DNA from: Candidatus Poribacteria bacterium
Lineage (GTDB): Bacteria; Poribacteria; WGA-4E; WGA-3G
Direction of reading: 5' to 3'
Assembly: GCA_965214095.1 (NCBI GenBank)
Contig: OZ243938.1
Location: 1,344,001-1,408,000 of the forward strand
DNA length: 64,000 nt
Each line of letters starts with the position of its first letter. The stretch's first letter is position 1. The position numbers and the translations under genes were made by a program. The notes beneath the pieces were generated by a model. The model was not told where the DNA came from. It saw only the letters and a list, made by a program, of their open reading frames with translations, and searched no databases. This document shows positions 30,436 to 40,335 of the stretch, piece after piece.

Positions 30436-31575
30436 ATGGAGCAAGTGTATCAGACGAATACTGATTGGAAACGGCTGGCAGACATAATTGCCAAGCCAAA
30501 CCAACGTGTGCTTGTTCTTGGTGCTTCAGATACAGGTAAATCCACATTTTGTCGTTATCTGGTAGATTGTGGATGTGCTGCATCGTTGAAAACTGTTCTT
30601 GTAGATGCTGATATTGGACAATCACAAATAGGTCCTCCCACGACTGTAGGTATGAAACGCTATGTCCTTCCAGAAAAAAATAAAACACCCCAATCAGAAG
30701 ACAATATGAGTGAGACCGATACTAACAAGAATGCAGATGCACTTTACTTTGTAGGTGCCATAACGCCGCAACGCAATCTGCTTCCAATACTAACCGGCAC
30801 ACGATTAATGGTAGACTCCGCATTGGATTCAGGTGCTGAGTTCATTGTTATTGACACAACGGGATATATACACGATGGTGCTGCATCCATGCTTAAACAG
30901 CAAAAGATTGACCTGATTCGTCCAAACCATGTAGTCTGCATTGGTCGTCCAAAGGATTTAGAACGGATTGTTGGTTGCTACAGAGATCAAACTTGGCTTA
31001 CAATTCATCGCCTACTTCCACATAGGTTAGTACGAACTAAGAGCGGGGAAGCACGAAAGAGAAACCGAAAAGATAAGTTTACCGAATATTTCCAAGACAG
31101 TGAACTTCAAGAGATTCCAATTGATGAAATTAAGGGAGCACGCACCCCATTTTTTAACGGTAGAATAGCAAATCAAAAAGAATTGGAGATTCTTTCTGAT
31201 TTGACTGAAAACGATGTGGCGTATGCTGAATGGGGTCAGAGAACAGTCAGTCTAATTGTAAGAACAAAACTCACGCATGAAACAACAAAAAAACTTAAGG
31301 ACTATCTGAGTTTGACTTATGTAGCATCTGAAACAAGTTCATATTTTGACCAACGACTTGTGGGAATGTTGAACAACTCAGGTGATACTGTAGCTATTGG
31401 TATCATTGAAACAATTGACTATGAGAACAGAAAGCTTCATATACGATGTAAAACTGGAATTGCTTCTGATGTGAAGATGCTACAGTTTGGAGAATACCAG
31501 GTGATAAATCCTAAGAGTCATTTTACTAACCGTAATAAACACATATATACTGACTATATGAATCTGATCAATTAG
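30436..31575 (+). CDS. Clp1/Nol9/Grc3-family polynucleotide 5'-hydroxyl kinase
   Basis: LVLGASDTGKST Walker A, VDADIGQSQIGPP, IDTTG, and an R-rich lid (RKRNR). Confidence 0.75.
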   Translation: MEQVYQTNTDWKRLADIIAKPNQRVLVLGASDTGKSTFCRYLVDCGCAASLKTVLVDADIGQSQIGPPTTVGMKRYVLPEKNKTPQSEDNMSETDTNKNADALYFVGAITPQRNLLPILTGTRLMVDSALDSGAEFIVIDTTGYIHDGAASMLKQQKIDLIRPNHVVCIGRPKDLERIVGCYRDQTWLTIHRLLPHRLVRTKSGEARKRNRKDKFTEYFQDSELQEIPIDEIKGARTPFFNGRIANQKELEILSDLTENDVAYAEWGQRTVSLIVRTKLTHETTKKLKDYLSLTYVASETSSYFDQRLVGMLNNSGDTVAIGIIETIDYENRKLHIRCKTGIASDVKMLQFGEYQVINPKSHFTNRNKHIYTDYMNLIN

Positions 31576-31586
31576 GCGAATATTTT

Positions 31587-33410
31587 TTGCAAAATAAGAA
31601 TGCTCTTTTTCGATTCCTTCGTTATCTTGCTCCTTATAACGCTTCTATTGTTTTAGCAATGGGTTGTGCATTAATTGTTTCTATTTGTGATCTTGGACCA
31701 ATACAGATCTTAAGGGATACTCTTGATTCACTGAAGTTGTTAGAAGGCTTCAGTCAATCCCCTCAACCTATTACTATTCGTTTTTTTTATATTGAGAATG
31801 TTTACAAGGGATATGAATTTACCTTGACAGATGCAGGAGATGCGTTCCGTCTCTATTTCTGGATTTTAGTAGGTGGAGTAAGTCTTGTTTTTATAAAAGG
31901 TTTTTTTGTTTATGGAAGTGATTTTTTGATGGAACGTGTCGGAAATAAATTAAGTTTCCAATTACGTAATGATATATACAAAAATATTGTTTCTTCACCG
32001 TTGAGTATCCTTTCAGAACATAACAGTGGTGATGTAATAACACGTGTCTCTGACGATGTGCGGATGTTGCAACAAGCTGTAGCAGCAACTGCTCAAATAA
32101 TACGTGCAATGATTTATGTCACCGTCTTTGGAGTTGTTCTGTTCTATAATAACATACAAATGACGTTTTTTTCAATGTTAGTGCTTCCATTCGTAGCGTA
32201 TTTTATTAGCAACATAGGAAAACGTGTCCGCAGGGCAAGCACAGAAATTCAGGAACGTAGTTCGGATATCAATTCACAACTCAATGAAACACTAACAGGG
32301 ATCAATATTATAAAAAGTTTTACTGCAGAAAACAATGAGATAGATAGATTTCAATCATTTACATCTAGGCAATACAACTCTGCAATCCGTCGTGCACGAT
32401 TTGCTTCACTTCTTCCACCTCTAATTGAATGGATGGCGGCTATAGGAACTGTAACTGTTTTGGGACTAGGATGCTGGTATGTTATAGATGGAAAACTGTC
32501 TATAGGTGGATTTGCAAGTTATTTTGTTATAGTCGGATTGATGTTTAAACCGATAAAGACCATCGGAGGAGTAAATAATGTATTACAACAAAGTCTTGCT
32601 TCTGCAGAACGTATTTTCCCATTACTTGAGTTAGAAAGCGAAGCAAAAAATGAAACTGGAGAACAGAAAGAAATATCTGATGTGCAGGGAACAGTGCAAT
32701 TTCAAGATATATCATTTGCCTACCGTGAAAAACCTGTTATCAATCATGTTAGTTTTACTGCTAATCAAGGTGAAATAATTGCATTAGTCGGACCAAGTGG
32801 AAGTGGAAAGACTACACTGTTGAACCTTCTACAGCGATTCTATACAGTTGATTCAGGAAGGATTCTTATTGATGATATTCCTATTGATGAAGTAACACTG
32901 AATTCACTTCGGAAAAATATTGCATTAGTTCCACAAGATACCTTTCTTTTTGATGGTACAGTGCTTGAGAACATCCAGTACGGTTCTCCCAAATCAAACA
33001 GACAGCAAGTTATTGATGCTGCGAAACAAGCAAATGCACACGAATTTGTCACCAAATTACCCAATGGATACGATACTGAAATCGGGGAAGCAGGTGGAAC
33101 ACTCTCCGGTGGAGAACAACAACGAATAGCGATTGCTCGCGCAGTTTTAAAGAACGCGCCAATTCTCGTGTTGGATGAAGCAACATCTGCACTGGATACA
33201 CAATCTGAAACTATTATACAAGAATCGTTGACCAACTTAATGCAGGGGAGAACTTGTTTCATCATAGCACATCGCCTCTCAACCGTTATGCGAGCAGATA
33301 ACATATTAGTAATTAAAGACGGTGAAATCGTTGAAAATGGAAAGCATACAGATTTGTATGAAAAAGGTGGACTCTACCGAAATTTGTGTGAACAACAGAT
33401 GTTGCGGTAA
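31587..33410 (+). CDS. ABC transporter ATP-binding/permease (MsbA-like)
   Basis: TMD plus GPSGSGKT, LSGGEQQR, LDEATSALD, IAHRLST. Confidence 0.85.
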   Translation: MQNKNALFRFLRYLAPYNASIVLAMGCALIVSICDLGPIQILRDTLDSLKLLEGFSQSPQPITIRFFYIENVYKGYEFTLTDAGDAFRLYFWILVGGVSLVFIKGFFVYGSDFLMERVGNKLSFQLRNDIYKNIVSSPLSILSEHNSGDVITRVSDDVRMLQQAVAATAQIIRAMIYVTVFGVVLFYNNIQMTFFSMLVLPFVAYFISNIGKRVRRASTEIQERSSDINSQLNETLTGINIIKSFTAENNEIDRFQSFTSRQYNSAIRRARFASLLPPLIEWMAAIGTVTVLGLGCWYVIDGKLSIGGFASYFVIVGLMFKPIKTIGGVNNVLQQSLASAERIFPLLELESEAKNETGEQKEISDVQGTVQFQDISFAYREKPVINHVSFTANQGEIIALVGPSGSGKTTLLNLLQRFYTVDSGRILIDDIPIDEVTLNSLRKNIALVPQDTFLFDGTVLENIQYGSPKSNRQQVIDAAKQANAHEFVTKLPNGYDTEIGEAGGTLSGGEQQRIAIARAVLKNAPILVLDEATSALDTQSETIIQESLTNLMQGRTCFIIAHRLSTVMRADNILVIKDGEIVENGKHTDLYEKGGLYRNLCEQQMLR

Positions 33411-33564
33411 TAGAAAAATATAATGGCAGAAATATGGACGAATTTACTATCTTCTCTCTTAAACTGAGACTCTATTTGTAACACATCAGTCACTAACAGA
33501 AAATTAACGAAATTGTAAACCATTTCGGCTTAAATACGTCTCAATACTATGAAAGTCCGGTAAA

Positions 33565-33665
33565 CATATCATCAACATTATGGTCAATAGAGATAGCCCC
33601 AACCGTTGTTGATTAGGGCTATTAGCAGACAATAATTGACACCAGTTTTGATGCCATCAAATATG
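33565..33665 (-). other. Long imperfect hairpin (terminator or structured RNA) between convergent genes
   Basis: Nested pairs catat/atatg, catcaa/ttgatg, gtcaat/attgac, atagccccaacc/gattagggctat; the mismatches become G-U pairs on the minus strand. Confidence 0.45.
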
Positions 33666-33701
33666 AAAGTTCGTTTGAGTTATTACTATAGGAAATAGAA
33701 T

Positions 33702-34277
33702 TTAATTTCTACCTTGTTTAGTAATTGCACCTTCAAGGTCGGATTCGCGGTAAATCGCTTCGGACAAATCTACTTCATATAGATATGCACCTTTGAAATT
33801 GGCACCAAGTAGGACAATACCGTCTAATTTTATTTCGCCAAAAATTGCCTCTTCAAGGTTAGCATTTTCAAAAGTTGTTAGACTACCGAACGGAGCAGTA
33901 GGAACACACTGAGGACATCCAAGCGTAGCACGTCTTAAATCAGCACTACGGAAATTCGTGCCAGACAGTAGACTTCCACTGAGAAACGCACCAAAGAGAT
34001 TAGCGTTCTCCAGAGTCGCATCTGTCAGATTTGCCCCAACCAAGTAGGTACGTAATAGGGTTGCCTCCGATAAGTCCGCGCCCGTGAGATTTGCATCATT
34101 AAGATTAGCATCCGTTAAATCAGCGTTTTTCAGATTGGCACCACTCAAATTTGCTGATGAGAAATCAGCACCGACAAGTGATTGGTCTGATAAATCAATA
34201 TCTGACAAGTTTTCATTTGACAAGGATTCGCCTGCTAATAAACGTTGAACTACATTATTTTGATTATTTTCTTGCAT
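33702..34277 (-). CDS. Pentapeptide repeat protein
   Basis: A(D/N)LxxA repeats; start MQENN with GGAGG upstream. Confidence 0.9.
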   Translation of the reverse strand: MQENNQNNVVQRLLAGESLSNENLSDIDLSDQSLVGADFSSANLSGANLKNADLTDANLNDANLTGADLSEATLLRTYLVGANLTDATLENANLFGAFLSGSLLSGTNFRSADLRRATLGCPQCVPTAPFGSLTTFENANLEEAIFGEIKLDGIVLLGANFKGAYLYEVDLSEAIYRESDLEGAITKQGRN

Positions 34278-34536
34278 AAATTTGCCTCCATTTAACTTGA
34301 TTTTTATTACATCAAACAAAATTGATTAGAATGATGGATACAGATGAAAACTCCTGTATCTGATAGGAATATTAGACGTTTGTAAACATTAATTTCATAA
34401 GTAAGTGCTGAATTGCAGAAAATGTGATAGCAATTTCATATAGTTATCGCGTGGGAATATCTGCAACTTAGATGTGTATATTGGTGTATATGCAATATAC
34501 GAAAAATACAAATTGCATGGACCTGAGGAAAACATA

Positions 34537-36213
34537 ATGAAAGACTTTTACACCGCAGAATCCACTGATTTAGATCTGATCCCTGCTGATGAGAAAAAAG
34601 ATGAATATAGTGCTCCTTCAAAGGATGAAACCTTCGCATATTTACAGACAATCGCAAAAACGCCATTGTTGGAAGCGCATCAGGAGAAAGCACATTTTGA
34701 GAAATACCAAGAGGGAATACAGAATTTTAACACATCCTTCAAAAGATTACCTCATTGGATAATCAAATCATTAGATATTCCTGCAAAAAATCGAAATGTA
34801 ACTGAACTAAAACTAAAACCAGTTCAGACAGACCACGGACTAATAATCAAACAGATTGCATCACATGTCCAATCTATTGAAGACATCTTTTCCAAACTTG
34901 AACGAAAAAGGAAAAAGTTAGACAATTTAAAGTCAAAGATTCTAATGGGTAATTTACACCTACTTAGAAAATATGTAAACAATAAAGATATTTCTACCTC
35001 AGAATTCGCAGAAATAATACAAGCAGGTTACCTCGGTATTATTAAGGCTATTGAAAGTTGGATGCCTATGCGTGAACAAAAGTTCAGAACTTTTGCGCGA
35101 GGAATCATTCGTGCCAATATTGATGCTATACAGAAACATAGTAGCAAAAATGGGACACTAATTGCTGAACAAGATACTAGACCGACATCACAAACTTTGG
35201 AATATTCCACAATCGTTGAAGCGATACCACTTTCTGTGGAAGAGGAAACAACTCTACTTGAAACTTTTTCCATGACACAATATGAAATTGCTCAGCTATT
35301 AAACAAATTACCGCTAGAATTCTTGCAGGAAATTACATACAATAACGATGAATCTTCCACTGAGGTAGAATTGCGTGTAAGCACCTTAAATCCACTATTA
35401 GAAACTTTCAGAACTGACTTGGCACATCTGAAAACTTTGCTATCAAAACTTACAGAAGCCGATAAACTTGCACACGGTACAAAGATGAAAATAGTTGAAG
35501 CAAACCTACGTTTAGTAGCAAGCATTGCCAAACAACACCATTTCAGTAAGACTACGTTGACCTTCCTTGATCTTATGCAGGAAGGAAGCATTGGACTTAT
35601 GAAAGCAGTTGAAAAATTCGACCACACGCTCCGTTATCGCTTCAGCACCTATGCCACTTGGTGGGTAATGCAGTCAATCAAACGGGCATTAGACCAACAA
35701 GGACAGATCATACGTGTACCATGCTATATCGGTGAAACTCGTAGATTGATCAAACAAGTGCAATCTCACTTGACTATAAAACTTGGGAGAGAACCTACGA
35801 CTAAAGAGATCGCACAAGAAGTCAAACTTACAGAAAAAAAGGTTGATGAAATTTTACAAGCAACGAAAGATCCGATTTCTTTAGACGCTCCGATCAGCGA
35901 TGCTTCACCAGAAGTGCCAATTCGAGACATAATACCAGATAATTCCCAAATTACACCAGAAACGGAATTGGTCAATTACTCAAAAATTGAGGTATTAGAA
36001 GAAGTCCTCAACAGAACATTGAACCCACGAGAGACACATGTCATTGTACTCCGTTATGGATTAATCGACGGCACAGAATATACACTCGCAGACATCGGAA
36101 CAAAACTTGAAATCAGTCGTGAACGCGTACGGCAAATCGAAGTTGAGGCACTCAATAAACTCAGACGGAATGAACCGAAAGAGTTATTGATGGAGTTGTT
36201 CCAAAAAGATTAG
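34537..36213 (+). CDS. Sigma-70 family RNA polymerase sigma factor (RpoD/SigA-like C-terminal half, duplicated N-terminal region)
   Basis: EANLRLVASIAK, DLMQEGSIGLMKAVEKFD..RFSTYATWW, TLADIG..ISRERVRQIE; start MKDFY with GAGG upstream. Confidence 0.9.
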   Translation: MKDFYTAESTDLDLIPADEKKDEYSAPSKDETFAYLQTIAKTPLLEAHQEKAHFEKYQEGIQNFNTSFKRLPHWIIKSLDIPAKNRNVTELKLKPVQTDHGLIIKQIASHVQSIEDIFSKLERKRKKLDNLKSKILMGNLHLLRKYVNNKDISTSEFAEIIQAGYLGIIKAIESWMPMREQKFRTFARGIIRANIDAIQKHSSKNGTLIAEQDTRPTSQTLEYSTIVEAIPLSVEEETTLLETFSMTQYEIAQLLNKLPLEFLQEITYNNDESSTEVELRVSTLNPLLETFRTDLAHLKTLLSKLTEADKLAHGTKMKIVEANLRLVASIAKQHHFSKTTLTFLDLMQEGSIGLMKAVEKFDHTLRYRFSTYATWWVMQSIKRALDQQGQIIRVPCYIGETRRLIKQVQSHLTIKLGREPTTKEIAQEVKLTEKKVDEILQATKDPISLDAPISDASPEVPIRDIIPDNSQITPETELVNYSKIEVLEEVLNRTLNPRETHVIVLRYGLIDGTEYTLADIGTKLEISRERVRQIEVEALNKLRRNEPKELLMELFQKD

Positions 36214-36266
36214 TTTTTCTATTCCATCCTGAGGGGAATAAATACTCTCTCATTTACATCACATAG

Positions 36267-36305
36267 ATGGGTTGCAGAACTGTTTATCGGTTCTGCAAAC
36301 TCCAT
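36267..36305 (+). terminator. Stem-loop after the sigma gene
   Basis: ttgcagaac/gttctgcaa stem extended by atgg/ccat; weak U-tract. Confidence 0.4.
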
Positions 36306-36350
36306 TATCAATGTGATTTCAATCCTATCAATCCATTAAGGTAATCCCAT

Positions 36351-37631
36351 TTGAAAATAGTATATTTTGATTGCTTCTCAGGTATTAGTGGTGACATGGT
36401 TCTCGGTGCTGTCGTTGATGCTGGTGTTGACCCAGAGGAATTGACAACCGAACTGTCAAAACTCAATATAGATGGTGAATTTCGTCTCAGTTTTGAGAAA
36501 TCAACAAAACACGGTATTACAGGTACAAAAGCACTTGTTGATACTTATGACGATACGCATAAAGACAACCATAATCACCATCATCAACATACGCACGGTC
36601 CCAGTAGACACCTATCTGACATATTTGAACTTATAGATGCAAGTCAACTTCAACCTAATATATGTCAGTCTGTCAAACAGATATTTGACAGACTTGCTGA
36701 AGCGGAAGCAAAAGTTCATAACAGAGAAAAGTCTAAGGTGCACTTACACGAAGTCAGTGGTATTGATTCAATCGTTGACATCGTTGGTAGCGTAATAGGA
36801 TTAGACCTACTTGGTATAGAACAGATTTATGCTTCTCCACTTTCCCTTGGTCGTGGTTTTGTCCGTTGTGCACATGGTATGATGCCTGTGCCAGTTCCTG
36901 GAACAATGGAATTATTGCAAGGTATTCCCATCCGACAAACCGATATTCCAAAAGAATTAGTTACGCCAACAGGTGCCGCTATCATCACGACCATGGCTGA
37001 AGATTTTGGCGTAATGCCAAATATGACCATTGAAACAATTGGTTACGGTGCAGGTACAAGAGATTTAGAATCTCAACCTAACCTTCTACGAATCTGTATT
37101 GGTAAGAAAAATCCCTCAAGCAGCACTTCAAATAAAAATGTAACTATATCAACTAACTCTGAAAAACACAATCCGGGTAATAATGATATTATTCTAAGCT
37201 CTAATGACAACATAGAAGTCATTGAAACAAATGTAGACGACATGACACCAGAAATATACGGATATGTCATGGACAAACTATTTGAAAACGGTGCTTTAGA
37301 TGTATTCTTTACCCCAATTCTTATGAAAAAAGGAAGACCAGCAATACAAATTAGTGTTCTCAGCCCTTCAAATTTGCGGGATATGTTGATAAGAGTACTA
37401 TTGACTGAAACAACTACTTTTGGTGTTCGTATCTATAATGCAGACCGTGTTATACTTGATCGTGATTATATTGAAGTTGATACTGAATGGGGACCTGTTA
37501 AAGCAAAACGTGGATATTTAAACGGTCTCTTGATAAAGACTGTTCCTGAATATGAAGATTGTAAAACTATTGCGGAAGAAAATGGTGTGCCACTCCAGTC
37601 TGTATATCAAGCAGCATACAAAAAAATATAA
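36351..37631 (+). CDS. larC: Nickel pincer cofactor biosynthesis protein LarC
   Basis: YFDCFSGISGDM, His-rich linker, HLHEV..DSIVD, CAHG..PVP, ETNVDD, MKKGRP, PEYEDC. Confidence 0.92.
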   Translation: MKIVYFDCFSGISGDMVLGAVVDAGVDPEELTTELSKLNIDGEFRLSFEKSTKHGITGTKALVDTYDDTHKDNHNHHHQHTHGPSRHLSDIFELIDASQLQPNICQSVKQIFDRLAEAEAKVHNREKSKVHLHEVSGIDSIVDIVGSVIGLDLLGIEQIYASPLSLGRGFVRCAHGMMPVPVPGTMELLQGIPIRQTDIPKELVTPTGAAIITTMAEDFGVMPNMTIETIGYGAGTRDLESQPNLLRICIGKKNPSSSTSNKNVTISTNSEKHNPGNNDIILSSNDNIEVIETNVDDMTPEIYGYVMDKLFENGALDVFFTPILMKKGRPAIQISVLSPSNLRDMLIRVLLTETTTFGVRIYNADRVILDRDYIEVDTEWGPVKAKRGYLNGLLIKTVPEYEDCKTIAEENGVPLQSVYQAAYKKI

Positions 37632-37683
37632 TATCAATCAAAGAAAAGACCCGCACTACAGAGAAATACGCTAAAGTATCATA

Positions 37684-39435
37684 TTATGGATTGCACCTAT
37701 CGCATTTGTCGCAGCGGTAACCTTCTGACACCTCCTCGCCGAAATAATGCTGAATGACTTTCATTCTACATCCTTCTGATACGGCGTAATGAACCATTCT
37801 ATCAATTCTGTTACGTTTGACTTTGTAGTAATCACCAAGTCCCATTTGCTCTTCAGAGAGAGAAGAAAAAAGTTCACTATCTTGTAACAGTTCAATCAGC
37901 ATCAGATCGTCCTTACCCCAATACTGAAGGTGTCCTTCATTCTGTAACTCAGCAAGCTGCTCCATCATGAATCGAGGGCTCAGTTCAAGGTCTTGACAAA
38001 AACTCAATATATCAGTTACTCGTTTTTCCTTCAGATGCGCGTATAGTTCTGACTGTACCGGTTTCTCGTTATTTGGCTTTGTTCTAAAACTTACTGAGAT
38101 CTTAGACGGCACGTTATGCCATCTCTTTAGGAAACCTAATTTTTCCAAATAGGACAATGCTACCTGTATTTTAGAAACTTTAAACCCAACTCTCAACTCT
38201 AATTCTTCCATTGCCATTAGTCTAAAATTACCTGAACCTTTAAGATATTCAAGTACTTCAAGTAGGTTCTGGAGTGAGACTTTGTCGGGTGCACTTTCTT
38301 TGATGAACCATTCATGTAAATCTCGGTCATCTGGGTAATAGAATAAGATGCAATCGGACAATATCTCATCCCTACCTGCACGTCCAATTTCTTGGCAATA
38401 TTCCTCCAGTGTACCGGTCATTGTCCAGTGTATAATATAACGAATATTGGGTTTATCTATCCCCATTCCAAAAGCATTTGTAGCAACAACGATTTCTAAT
38501 CCATTGTCACTGTCGTCAAAAAATGCTTCTTGTATCTGTTTACGTTCATGCAACTCTCTTCCTGCATGATAATAATCTGCCTGATAGCCTTTTTTTTGAA
38601 GAAATTCAGCGATCTCTTCTGTTTCGTTCCTTCGTCCTGCATAGATTATCCCATTACCTGTGAGCTCACGCATACTATCTTCAAGTAAATCATATTTCTG
38701 ATCTTTCTGATTACTTTCAAGCACTTTCAATCTGAGATTAGGACGTTCAATACCTTCAACAAGAACTTTTGGTTCGGGGATATTCAATATTTTTAATATA
38801 TCATCCCTAATGTCTGGTGGAGCCGTTGCAGTAAAGAGTGCTACAACCTTAGGATATACCAACTCAATTGCATCACAAATTGATAAGTATGCAGGACGAA
38901 AATCGCGACCCCATTGTGAGATACAATGGGCCTCATCTATAACGAAAAGAGAAATCAGAATTGAGCTAAGTAAATCCAAAAACCGGCGACTTCGTAGTCG
39001 TTCTGGTGAAATATAGAGAAGTTTGACCTTCCCCTGTTTCAACTTATTAATTTCGTGACGATAATCTTCCCAGGCCAATGTACTATTTATGAGTGATACT
39101 GATTCTAATCCTCTTGCCTTTAATGCATCAACTTGATCCTTCATCAACGATATTAGTGGTGAAACAACAACCGTTGTACCGGGTAACATTAAGGCAGGCA
39201 ATTGATAACATAACGATTTGCCGTGTCCTGTCGGAAATACCGCAAATACATTTTCACCATTAAGTATTGATTCTATGATTTCTTGTTGTCCATGCCGGAA
39301 AGTGCTATAACCGAAATGTTCAAACAATGCATTTTCTATTTCGTTATCTTCTGAAGTAGGTGCGATTGTATCTAAATCATCTGTTGAACTAAGGAATGAG
39401 TCTACCTGTTTGAGTAAATCCTGTAAATTTCCCAT
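37684..39435 (-). CDS. recQ: RecQ-family ATP-dependent DNA helicase
   Basis: PTGHGKSLCYQLP, IDEAHCISQWGRDFRP, ATNAFGMGIDK, QEIGRAGRD, terminal CDKCDRC. Confidence 0.85.
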   Translation of the reverse strand: MGNLQDLLKQVDSFLSSTDDLDTIAPTSEDNEIENALFEHFGYSTFRHGQQEIIESILNGENVFAVFPTGHGKSLCYQLPALMLPGTTVVVSPLISLMKDQVDALKARGLESVSLINSTLAWEDYRHEINKLKQGKVKLLYISPERLRSRRFLDLLSSILISLFVIDEAHCISQWGRDFRPAYLSICDAIELVYPKVVALFTATAPPDIRDDILKILNIPEPKVLVEGIERPNLRLKVLESNQKDQKYDLLEDSMRELTGNGIIYAGRRNETEEIAEFLQKKGYQADYYHAGRELHERKQIQEAFFDDSDNGLEIVVATNAFGMGIDKPNIRYIIHWTMTGTLEEYCQEIGRAGRDEILSDCILFYYPDDRDLHEWFIKESAPDKVSLQNLLEVLEYLKGSGNFRLMAMEELELRVGFKVSKIQVALSYLEKLGFLKRWHNVPSKISVSFRTKPNNEKPVQSELYAHLKEKRVTDILSFCQDLELSPRFMMEQLAELQNEGHLQYWGKDDLMLIELLQDSELFSSLSEEQMGLGDYYKVKRNRIDRMVHYAVSEGCRMKVIQHYFGEEVSEGYRCDKCDRCNP

Positions 39436-39477
39436 TAATTATTGACCTACATCAGCAACTAAGTAATTGCTATGATA

Positions 39478-40182
39478 CTAAGAGAAGAAACGGAAACGGA
39501 TAATGTGAAATATGGCTGCAACACCATCCTTCCAACTTACAGTTTTTCCCTCATGATAGTCTCTTCCACGATAACTGATGGGAACATCTACGATCTTACA
39601 TTTTCGTTTCGCAAGTTTTGCAGTTATTTCAGGTTCAAAACCGAATCTATCAGAACGAAGAGTCATATCTTTCAAGATGTCTGTCTTTATTACCTTATAA
39701 CATGTTTCCATATCAGTAATGTTTGTGCCATTCACGAAGTTAGATAAAGATGTAAGGAAGCGGTTAGCGAGATAACTTCGCAGCAGTCCATGTTGCCGTC
39801 CTTCCATAAACCGTGAACCGTATACCACACTCGCTTTGTCTTCAAGAATGGGTTGTAGTAATTTAGGGTAGTCCTGCGGGTCATATTCTAAATCTGCATC
39901 TTGGATAAGTGTGATGTCCCCTGTAACATGTTCAAACCCGGTTCTCAGGGTTGCTCCTTTACCACGGTTGATCTCATGATAGAATATTTTCGCTGAATTG
40001 CTTTCTGAATTTTGGAGTTTTTCTAATATTTCACGTGTGCCATCTGTTGAACAATCATCAACAAGAATGAGCTCCTTCTCCATGCCGATATCAACAGCTT
40101 CAATTTGATTTAGGATTTCTTCTAAATGCTCAGCTTCGTTGTATATCGGAATTACAATGGATAGTTTATTTGCCATCCACAT
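39478..40182 (-). CDS. Glycosyltransferase family 2 (DPM1-like)
   Basis: VDDCSTDGT, QDADLEYDP, DMETCYK, FGFEPEIT. Confidence 0.9.
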   Translation of the reverse strand: MWMANKLSIVIPIYNEAEHLEEILNQIEAVDIGMEKELILVDDCSTDGTREILEKLQNSESNSAKIFYHEINRGKGATLRTGFEHVTGDITLIQDADLEYDPQDYPKLLQPILEDKASVVYGSRFMEGRQHGLLRSYLANRFLTSLSNFVNGTNITDMETCYKVIKTDILKDMTLRSDRFGFEPEITAKLAKRKCKIVDVPISYRGRDYHEGKTVSWKDGVAAIFHIIRFRFFS

Positions 40183-40335
40183 TCCTCCAGTCTATCATAG
40201 ATACAAATATATTCTTCTTTCTCAGAATTTGGAAAGATACAACCATCTATAAACAGCATACCTTATTCTAAAATATTATGCAAGTTTTTTTGAATTGATG
40301 TGGGTGTATAAGCGTTGTGTACAAATATAACATCC

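Noticed and set aside
36550-36600. His-rich stretch in larC as a novel repeat
   Set aside because: Expected nickel-binding linker of LarC.
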